From Candidatus Latescibacterota bacterium (GTDB taxonomy: Bacteria > Latescibacterota > UBA2968 > GCA-2709665), in NCBI GenBank assembly GCA_965205485.1, contig OZ242180.1:2272001-2336000 (forward strand): a DNA stretch of 64,000 bases, given 5' to 3'. Below, piece after piece: positions 36,900 to 44,455 of the stretch; position 1 is the stretch's first letter, and the number at the start of each line of letters is the position of its first letter. The translations under genes and the position numbers were made by a program. The notes under the pieces were generated by a model, which was not told the origin of the DNA, searched no databases, and saw only the letters and a list, made by a program, of their open reading frames with translations.

Positions 36900-38036
36900 T
36901 CAGGTCGACGCGGGACCGTCGCCGCCCGTGTTCTCCCGCCTGGCGATCCGCTCGATCTGCGGCTGGAGGTAGGACATTACGGCGGCGAACACGACCAGGC
37001 CCCACCCGATGGAAAGGACCAGGTGGCCGGCGACCAGCGCCCGCGCCGCCAGGGACTGAGGGACGATTTCCGAGTAGTCCCTGGCCAGAGAGGTAAAGAA
37101 AGAGAATGCAATCCAGTCGACGACGCCGGACGCGGCGCCGTCGCCCGTGAACGCGTGCTGGCTGAAACGTCCCAGCATGCCGTAGAAGCCGGCGAACAGC
37201 ACAATAAGCGTCAGGTACCCGATGGCAAAGCTCCCGATGGGCACCCACATCACCCTCAGGTACTCGGTGAGTTGCCTGTAAACCCGGAGCCGGGGCTGAA
37301 TCCATACCGCTGCAGCCCGTCCCGCCAGGAACACGGAGACGGGTACGAAAAGCATGCACACGACGATATAGACCGTTGAGATCAAAAACGGGCTGACCGG
37401 GGCGTTATTGATCCGGACAGCGGACCCCTCGAATTCGTGCGCCGCGAGGAGGATCACAGAGGCCCACATCGCCACGGAACCAAGTATCAGCAACACCGGT
37501 GGACGGAAACGCCGCCTGGCGGCGATCTGCCCGTACGAGCCGGCGATCAGGGCGGTGGGCGGCATGACCATGAGTGAGGATATCAATCCGGCCCGACCGA
37601 GGCCGGGCAACAGACCCAATCCGAGCAGGACGGACATCATAAGAGACTCGAGGACGGCGCGTCGGTATCCGTGCCGGACCGCGGGCGAGATGCCGTCGAT
37701 CAGACCCACGGCGAGCGCGACGACCGGCGGAACGATGAAGAGCGTGCCGTCCTGGGGGATGATGCCGGCCAGAAGCGCGGTGATCAGCCCGGCCACGGAA
37801 CCGATCAGGATGCCCGTGGACAGACCGGTGCGCTGTCCCATGCGCAGGCCGATGCCGATGCCGAACGCGAGCCCGGAACCCGCGCCCATGAGGACGTCCT
37901 TGTGTACGCCGGTGATCGCGTAACCGAACGGTACCACGACGCAAGCGACACCGGCCGCGATGCGGATGCTGAGCCACGCCAGCCGGCCGACGGTACGATA
38001 CGAAAGACGCCCATCTGGAAGTTCAAATATCGGCAC
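36900..38036 (-). CDS. Membrane protein with C-terminal two-TM ion-channel-like domain
   Basis: Gly-rich TM segments, then FAGFY...DWIAFSFFTSLARDYSEIVPQSLAARALV. GTG start inferred. Confidence 0.6.
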   Translation of the reverse strand: MPIFELPDGRLSYRTVGRLAWLSIRIAAGVACVVVPFGYAITGVHKDVLMGAGSGLAFGIGIGLRMGQRTGLSTGILIGSVAGLITALLAGIIPQDGTLFIVPPVVALAVGLIDGISPAVRHGYRRAVLESLMMSVLLGLGLLPGLGRAGLISSLMVMPPTALIAGSYGQIAARRRFRPPVLLILGSVAMWASVILLAAHEFEGSAVRINNAPVSPFLISTVYIVVCMLFVPVSVFLAGRAAAVWIQPRLRVYRQLTEYLRVMWVPIGSFAIGYLTLIVLFAGFYGMLGRFSQHAFTGDGAASGVVDWIAFSFFTSLARDYSEIVPQSLAARALVAGHLVLSIGWGLVVFAAVMSYLQPQIERIARRENTGGDGPAST

Positions 38037-38121
38037 TACGAATTTCCCCTGAATCGCCGGTTTTTTGGGTCCTGCCCCGAAAAAACCCCCAACACCACCG
38101 GACGGGCTGTGTTTGGATTTG

Positions 38122-38238
38122 CAGGGCAACCCTTGTGGTTGCCCACGTGGCGATGGAGATACCAGCGATTCCCGACGCAATGGCTTAACGGAAACCGCTT
38201 TTGGCTGACTGCTGACGGCTGATAGCTGACAGCCGAAT
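38122..38238. repeat. REP-like hairpin (38122-38147) and gctga(c/t)n heptad array (38204-38238)
   Basis: gggcaacc-cttgt-ggttgccc-ac, then gctgact gctgacg gctgata gctgaca gccgaat. Confidence 0.7.
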
Positions 38239-38249
38239 TGTCATCCTCT

Positions 38250-39839
38250 TCAGGTACCGAATGCCATGGAGAATGCGATAAAGTCCGCGAAGTCGACGTT
38301 TCCGTCGCCGTCCAGATCGTACCTTCCGTCGTACGAAGCGGAATCCGAAGTCAGACCGAAATGACGCGCGAATGCGAGGAAGTCCTGAAAATCCACCTGT
38401 CTGTCGCCGTTGAAGTCCGCCGATCTCACCTCGGGCGGCCCGTCGAGCACGGCCCTGGCGTGAAGGATGTGCGGTATTTCCAGCCCGGGTCTGCCGACGC
38501 GGTCGAACAGCGCCCAATAGATGTCCCAGATCCGCGGATCCCAACGGCACAGCTCGATCCATCCCCGGATAATCTTCGCGTCTCCGTCCTGCCGATCGAC
38601 CCGGGAACCTATTTTCGGATTCGAGAGCGACCCGTTCCACATCTGGTCCGTCAGCGTCCTGGCGAACCGGAGCATGTCCGCCCGCGTGAAGACAACGCCC
38701 CGCCGGTAGGCCTCGACGGCGAACTCCACGTCGATGTGCCCGTGGCTCGTGTCCTCCGTGACGCTCTGGTCCGGCCTGCTCGCCTCCACCCAGTCCCAGT
38801 AAGCCCAGGTGTACGCATCGCCGGTTTCCTTCAAGGCATTCCTGAAGAACGCGGCCATCTGCCCGGCGCGTTCCTCGAACAGCGGCTCGTCCGACACGTC
38901 TTTCAGTACCAGGTAGACGCGGCCGAGCGCGAGGTACTGGTTGTGAGGGAGGATGCGGTTGGGAAATCGTTCGGCCGAGGATTCGGTGAACCGGTAGGCC
39001 CCCATCCCGGGCGCCATCTGCACCCAATGACGCTCCTGCTTTCTCAATACGCGCTCCTCGATCAATGCGAGGTAATCGCGCGCCTTTTCTCCGTATTTCG
39101 CCTCCAGGCTCTCGTCACTCAGGGCCAATTCGATAAACTGCGCGATGGGGTAAAGGATCATCCCCTCGTGAACGGCGTATTCCAGGGGGCGAACCGCCCA
39201 CGTCTCCACGCGAAACCTGTCTCCGATTTCGGGGGTCCTGTCCAGGCGCACTTCGAAACCCGGAATGCCGGGGATGTTCTGACCCAGAGTATATGGACCG
39301 CCATAGACCACTTTCGCGCGGGTGAGGTCCCGCACCACGTACCGGTTCGAAGCGACCCGTTCGATGATGAACTCCGCGTCGATCGCCTCGTGGGCCTGCT
39401 GTATATTCCTGACGGTGGCCTCTAACGGCGTGATGGACGCCGTCCCCCGGTTGTGCAGCGATTCGGCCCGCATCCGCGACACGGAATACCGGTCCGTGTG
39501 CCACCCGGGGATCCCGTCGCCGTCGTGGTCGCTCATATTGGCGACCATCCGGTCGAAGTGGTCCACGATCTTGTCCAGCCACCTCGTGTTCCGGGTTACG
39601 CGGTACATCTTGACGTAGGCGTTCAGCAGATAGCTTTCACCCCACGCCAGCGTGGCCGAACTCGCGCTCTCGGAATATCCCTTTCCCGCGTTTCTGGAGA
39701 CGTCGTAGCCCACGAATTGCTTCGCCAGGGCTTCCGGGTCGAACCCGGTAACCTGCGCCGGCGTTTCCCGTTCTGCGAAAAGCGCAAAGAAGCCAATCGC
39801 CACGAGAAGGGCTGATCCGACACGACGATTCATCTCCAT
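38250..39839 (-). CDS. Secreted alpha/alpha-toroid protein with C-terminal dockerin-like EF-hand pair
   Basis: Signal-like N-terminus, AWGESY.L.AY..MY..T....WLD, EDTSH. Tail DFNGDRQVDFQDF...DLDGDGNVDFADF. Confidence 0.65.
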   Translation of the reverse strand: MEMNRRVGSALLVAIGFFALFAERETPAQVTGFDPEALAKQFVGYDVSRNAGKGYSESASSATLAWGESYLLNAYVKMYRVTRNTRWLDKIVDHFDRMVANMSDHDGDGIPGWHTDRYSVSRMRAESLHNRGTASITPLEATVRNIQQAHEAIDAEFIIERVASNRYVVRDLTRAKVVYGGPYTLGQNIPGIPGFEVRLDRTPEIGDRFRVETWAVRPLEYAVHEGMILYPIAQFIELALSDESLEAKYGEKARDYLALIEERVLRKQERHWVQMAPGMGAYRFTESSAERFPNRILPHNQYLALGRVYLVLKDVSDEPLFEERAGQMAAFFRNALKETGDAYTWAYWDWVEASRPDQSVTEDTSHGHIDVEFAVEAYRRGVVFTRADMLRFARTLTDQMWNGSLSNPKIGSRVDRQDGDAKIIRGWIELCRWDPRIWDIYWALFDRVGRPGLEIPHILHARAVLDGPPEVRSADFNGDRQVDFQDFLAFARHFGLTSDSASYDGRYDLDGDGNVDFADFIAFSMAFGT

Positions 39840-39965
39840 TCCGGGCTCAGAGCGCTTTCGAACAAAGGATGGCAGAAATAAAGGCCACAAAGGACAAAAA
39901 ATGCCGATTCGTATCTCTGGCTCACAGTCATCATCCCCTGGCTCAAGCTGAACGTGACAAGGCCT

Positions 39966-40298
39966 TCAACGATGCGCCGGCACTTCTTCAGGGGCCATGC
40001 TCGGATGGACATCGATCTGCACGTCCACTCGCTGGCCGAGCTTGTTGAGTACGGTCATGAGACGGTCGATCGTGAAGCGATCAAGTTGAACGTTGCGAAT
40101 GCGAGTAAAGTCCGCATGGTTCACACCGGTGCGGCCCTCGGCTTTGCGTGTAGAAAGCCCTTCGTCGTCAAGAATGCCGATGATGCGGGCGGCCAGGAGC
40201 GCCTTGGTCTGCTGTACGTCGGCGTCGGCACGGCCGAAGTCGCGGAAGACGTTGCCGCTGCCATGCACCAACTCCAAATCGTCTTCTGGTTTGCTCAT
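39966..40298 (-). CDS. XRE-family HTH antitoxin (HigA-like)
   Basis: HGSGNVFRDFG...KALLAARI...ADFTRIRN..LDRFTIDRL. Confidence 0.85.
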   Translation of the reverse strand: MSKPEDDLELVHGSGNVFRDFGRADADVQQTKALLAARIIGILDDEGLSTRKAEGRTGVNHADFTRIRNVQLDRFTIDRLMTVLNKLGQRVDVQIDVHPSMAPEEVPAHR

Positions 40299-40387
40299 TG
40301 CTGAAACTCCTTTTTCAATCGCTTTAGTCGCTCGCGGATCAGATCGATATCCTTAACCAGGCAGACGCGGACCGACGCCTTGACCAT
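40295..40387 (-). pseudogene. C-terminal remnant of a RelE/Gp49-like toxin
   Basis: ...KDIDLIRERLKRLKKEFQQ* with ATGA overlap onto the antitoxin. Only 30 codons fit before the upstream gene. Confidence 0.65.
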
Positions 40388-40410
40388 TCCTTTCACGCGC
40401 GGGCGCTCCG

Positions 40411-42873
40411 TCAACCTCCGTACTGAAAGCGGATTTCGCGTTCCTCGCTCTTGCCGCTGACAAGGTCCTTTATTTCGACTTCGAGCACGTTCACGCCGTG
40501 TTTGACCTTGTCGAGGTCGATTTCCAGGTAACTCTGTTCGTTCGGTTCGGTACCGTCATGTTCGTACGAAATCGAGACCGAGGGTCTCTTGCTTCTGAAC
40601 AGCGAGCGGAGACCGGACGCCACCGAACCGAGCGCGCCGCGGATGGGTTTCGAAACGTACCGCACCACGTACTTTACCCTGTAACGCGTCTGCCCGAATC
40701 GGTTCTTCTTCAGGTTGTAGATCTCGTAGTATGCGTATACCTGCTGGGCACCCCGGTAGTTCCGGGTCGGCATCGGCACAACCCATACTTCTCCCTTTTT
40801 GAATCGCTCCTGCAGCTTCGTTTCGCCGATTGTGGCGGCGAGTTGAATATCGCTGATCCGAAGCCGGTCCTCGGAATACGCCTTCACGTCCACCGTCTGC
40901 CGGTAGATGCCGTTGTGGCCGGAAAGCAGGTCCTTGATCTGGACCTGAAGGTCGTATTTTCCGGGCGGGACCTGGAGTTTGAGCAGTTCCGGCATAAACG
41001 CTTTCTGTACGCCGCTGAAATCGGCCGCGACCCTGTAGGCGCGACTGGAAGATGTACGATGGATAACGCTGTAATCCGCCGGGGCCAGAGCAAGCGCGCA
41101 CTTGACCTGGATGTACGACACGTCGCGTCTCTGTCCGATCTTGACCTGTGCGGCCGGTATTCCGTAGTAGACCTCCAGCGTGGTTCGGCCCTCCGGCGCG
41201 CGGAAGCTGGCGAGATCGAAGTAGAAGTCCAGCGGGGGGTGGTGAAACCTGGGGCGGTAGACGTCGGGCATGCGGGAAATCGCATTGCGAAAGACCACGC
41301 GCGGCGCGTATTCCGTAAACCGGGCAAGCCGGGACACGTCCGTGTCGAGCGATGGAGGCGGTATGGGCGCGAAGTCGAACGCCCCCGTTCCCCTTTCGTC
41401 AGTAAACGTAATTTCCATGCCGTTTCCGATACCCGTGTACGTCCAGGTTTCCCAGGGCACCGTGCCGACCTCGTTGTCCAGAGTGATCGGGGCGTACCCG
41501 CCGAAATTGAGCCGGGTATTCAGATCCCCGAACTCGTCGAAACGGCTGTTTTCCCTGATCGCCGCCATGGGATCCTGTTCTTTTTCCGCCAGTGCGGAAA
41601 CCTGGGAGGCGTCAATGCCGACGTCGTCGTCAGCCGTTGTCGCGCCGGCTGCATCGGGGGTAACCCTCTGGTCGAAGAGCGTGGCCTCCAGATGGCTGCG
41701 GTTCGCCTTTACCGGAAACACGGGGCCTGTAAACGTCAACAGCGCGGCTTCGTCGCCGTAGAGCGCCACCGCCATCCGGTCCCGTACGGCCTGGACCTTC
41801 GGATTCTGCACGAATTGCCTGCGCGTGGACCGGGACCGGTAATCCGGCTGTCCGTAGCGTATGTAGACCTCCCCTCGCTTGTCCCAGGGACTGGCGGCGG
41901 CGGCGAAGAAGGTCCGGGCGTACCAGACCCGGCGATAGTGCTCGATGACCCGTTCGTTGATCGCGGTCAGGATATCGGAGTCCCTCTTCAGCCAGAACCT
42001 GTGGAGGAAGGTTGCTTTTTCCTCCTCCGTGGCGGCCCGGTACGCTTCGAGTTCCTCCGCGGAGGCGACCAGTGAGATATCTGTATAGAGTTCGCGCTCC
42101 GGGGGGTCCAGCGTTTGCAGATATCGCTCGAAGAGCTCCAGGGCCCGTCCGAACCGCTCCAGGTAGAAGTGCGCCTGCGCGGCCAGTGGAAGCAGCAGGT
42201 TTTCCGACGGATGCGTTTCGACAAAGGGCGTTATGTATTCGTCGATTTTGTCGTACTGCCCGAGTTGGACCAGCGAGAGTCCGAATTCGTAGCGTCCTTC
42301 GGGGTTGTCGGGTTCCAGTTCGATGTAGGTCGTGTAATAGCCCAGGGCCTTTTCGTGGTCTTCTTCAAACCGTCCGTAAGCCTCCCCCAGGAGCCGGTAT
42401 GCCGGCCCGTAAGCCGCGTTGATCTCAATGGCTGACCTCGCTTCACCCACGGCCTGACGAAAATTGAAAAATGCCTCCAGGCCTCTTCCCGAGTTTCGCA
42501 ATCTGGCGAGTCCGAGCCCCACGTACGTGCCCGGTAGGTCGGAATCGAGCTTTTTCGCCGATTCAAACGCAATGATGGCGGACTCGAAATCTTCCGCTTT
42601 CAACAGGGCGTACCCCTGTCGCGTCAGGAGATTGACGTCGTCCGGAAACACTTCGACAAGCCTGCCGAGAATCTCGGCGGCTTCCTTATGGGCGCCCGAA
42701 TGCGCGTGCTGTTCGGCCGCGGATACCAGCGAGTCTCGCGCCGCGTGCGGAATGGAAGTTCGAGACTGCTCACCCGCGCGTGCTTCGGGCAACACGGCAA
42801 CAGCGAGAACCCACAGCCAGACACACAGTCGGACAGGACGGCAGAAGCTGCAACGACGGATTTGATTTTCCAT
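40411..42873 (-). CDS. TPR plus GWxTD-domain protein
   Basis: Signal peptide, TPR repeats, FW..RD...T.INERVIEHYRRVWYA..FF...WDKRGEVYIRYGQPD, WETWTY. Confidence 0.85.
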   Translation of the reverse strand: MENQIRRCSFCRPVRLCVWLWVLAVAVLPEARAGEQSRTSIPHAARDSLVSAAEQHAHSGAHKEAAEILGRLVEVFPDDVNLLTRQGYALLKAEDFESAIIAFESAKKLDSDLPGTYVGLGLARLRNSGRGLEAFFNFRQAVGEARSAIEINAAYGPAYRLLGEAYGRFEEDHEKALGYYTTYIELEPDNPEGRYEFGLSLVQLGQYDKIDEYITPFVETHPSENLLLPLAAQAHFYLERFGRALELFERYLQTLDPPERELYTDISLVASAEELEAYRAATEEEKATFLHRFWLKRDSDILTAINERVIEHYRRVWYARTFFAAAASPWDKRGEVYIRYGQPDYRSRSTRRQFVQNPKVQAVRDRMAVALYGDEAALLTFTGPVFPVKANRSHLEATLFDQRVTPDAAGATTADDDVGIDASQVSALAEKEQDPMAAIRENSRFDEFGDLNTRLNFGGYAPITLDNEVGTVPWETWTYTGIGNGMEITFTDERGTGAFDFAPIPPPSLDTDVSRLARFTEYAPRVVFRNAISRMPDVYRPRFHHPPLDFYFDLASFRAPEGRTTLEVYYGIPAAQVKIGQRRDVSYIQVKCALALAPADYSVIHRTSSSRAYRVAADFSGVQKAFMPELLKLQVPPGKYDLQVQIKDLLSGHNGIYRQTVDVKAYSEDRLRISDIQLAATIGETKLQERFKKGEVWVVPMPTRNYRGAQQVYAYYEIYNLKKNRFGQTRYRVKYVVRYVSKPIRGALGSVASGLRSLFRSKRPSVSISYEHDGTEPNEQSYLEIDLDKVKHGVNVLEVEIKDLVSGKSEEREIRFQYGG

Positions 42874-43143
42874 AGCATTACTCCGCGAACCGGTGATCCG
42901 TTTGATTGGACGTCAAGAAAACAGCGTGGACCGTTCTCTGGAAAACTATCCAACCTGCCGTTCCGGGTCAACAGCCCATGATCGCAGAAAGGCCGGGTGA
43001 TCTTCTGAAAAGGGCATCCGCGAATACGGTGCCGCAAACCGGATCCACAGACTTATGCGGTCTATCTTTCGAACTAAACTTTGGGCCGGGCGCGCCGCAT
43101 GTCAAGGGAAAAGCGTTCCCGCCGGCTCCGCTCCCGAAAACCC

Positions 43144-43172
43144 TTGACCCATGCCGCCGCGCAAGCTATTTA
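43144..43172 (+). promoter_or_regulatory. Sigma70-like promoter
   Basis: TTGACC-17 nt-TATTTA, about 45 nt upstream of ATG 43218. Confidence 0.5.
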
Positions 43173-43217
43173 ATGGCACAGCAGTCAAAGCGACGACTTA
43201 CGGCGAAGGAGCCCTGC

Positions 43218-44279
43218 ATGCGCATCGACGAACTGGACACGCCCGTCCTTGTCATCAACCTTGACGCACTCGAAGAAAACCTGAAGCGATACCACGGTTA
43301 TTTCGAAGAACACGGCATCGGTTTCCGCCCCCACATCAAGACCCACAAGACCCTGGCCGTCGCCCACATGCAATTGAAGCACGGCGCGATCGGCCTCACC
43401 TGCCAGAAGCTCGGTGAAGCCGAAGTCCTGGCGGCGGGAGGCATCCACACCGATCTGCTCATTCCCTACAACATCATGGGGGCCCGGAAACTCGACCGGC
43501 TTACGGCCCTGGCGAAACAATTGCCGATAACCCTCGCCCCGGACTCCGAATTCACCGTCAGGGGCCTCTCCCGCGCCGCCGCTTCCGCGGGCGTTTCCAT
43601 CGGCATTTTGATCGAAGTGGAAATGGGATTCGAACGCACGGGCGTTCCCACGCCTCGGGATGCCGCTGATCTGGCGAAGCTCGTCCACGACCTTCCCGGA
43701 CTGGAGCTCAGGGGTTTCATGGGCTTTCCCACGCCGCCCGATTCCAGACCGCTCATTCAGGAAACCATCGACCTGTTCGACAGGGCCGGCCTGCCTCGCG
43801 GCGTCGTGAGCGGCGGCGGCACCCCCCATGCGCTGGACGCCCACAAAATCCCCGAACTCACCGAGTACCGCGCCGGTGAATACCCCGTGGGCGGCGCCAT
43901 GCACCTGGCCGAAGGTCGGCACACCGTGGATCAGTGCGCGCTTCGCGTGATCACCACCGTCGTGAGCAGGCCCACCGGGGACCGCATGTTTCTGGATGCC
44001 GGCAGCAAGTCATTGAGCGCATCCATCTTCAAGACGGAACGGGGAGACAGCATGGGACATATCGTCGAATACCCCGACGCGCTCATCGGTGTCGCGTCCG
44101 AAGAGCACGGCCACGTGGACATCTCACAGTGCCCGGTCAAACCTGAGATCGGCGAGCGCGTGCAGGTACTTCCCGTTCACCCGTGTCCGTGCGTCAACGA
44201 ACACGACGTCATGGTCGCCACCCGCAACGGAATGGTCGAAGCGACGTGGCCGGTCCACGCGCGCGGCCGGATCAGGTGA
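43218..44279 (+). CDS. D-threonine aldolase / D-serine dehydratase-like PLP enzyme (alanine racemase fold)
   Basis: LDTPVLVINLD, RPHIKTHK, CQKLGEAE, RTGV, SGGGTP, DAGSK, SEEHG, PVHPC. AAGGAG SD. Confidence 0.9.
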   Translation: MRIDELDTPVLVINLDALEENLKRYHGYFEEHGIGFRPHIKTHKTLAVAHMQLKHGAIGLTCQKLGEAEVLAAGGIHTDLLIPYNIMGARKLDRLTALAKQLPITLAPDSEFTVRGLSRAAASAGVSIGILIEVEMGFERTGVPTPRDAADLAKLVHDLPGLELRGFMGFPTPPDSRPLIQETIDLFDRAGLPRGVVSGGGTPHALDAHKIPELTEYRAGEYPVGGAMHLAEGRHTVDQCALRVITTVVSRPTGDRMFLDAGSKSLSASIFKTERGDSMGHIVEYPDALIGVASEEHGHVDISQCPVKPEIGERVQVLPVHPCPCVNEHDVMVATRNGMVEATWPVHARGRIR

Positions 44280-44280
44280 T

Positions 44281-44441
44281 TAGCAGCCTGTTGAAAAAGC
44301 CCATCCGGGCTACGGCCGGCCCTTGCGGTCGAAAACCTGCGTTGCGCTCCCTCGCCGAATCGCTGGATGGGACTGCGCGACTTGTCTTCGGCCACAATGG
44401 CTCGGCTTCGCCTGCAGAGCGACTTTACCAACGGACTGATA
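44281..44441. mobile_element. MITE-like element with imperfect terminal inverted repeats, copy 1
   Basis: tagcagcctgttgaaaaag...ctttaccaacggactgata. Aligns with 53377-53528. Confidence 0.7.
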
Positions 44442-44455
44442 AGGAAGTGCCTGCC

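Noticed and set aside
42880..43080. Long leader with gcaaa/gaaa motifs as a possible c-di-GMP riboswitch
   Set aside because: Could not build the two-stem consensus by eye on either strand. An Rfam scan would be needed.
42906..43217. N-terminal extensions in the ORF track (also 44183, 48712, 33592, 38180, 62334 minus strand)
   Set aside because: The extensions cross promoters, repeats or neighbouring genes. Downstream starts fit family N-termini, and most have an SD.
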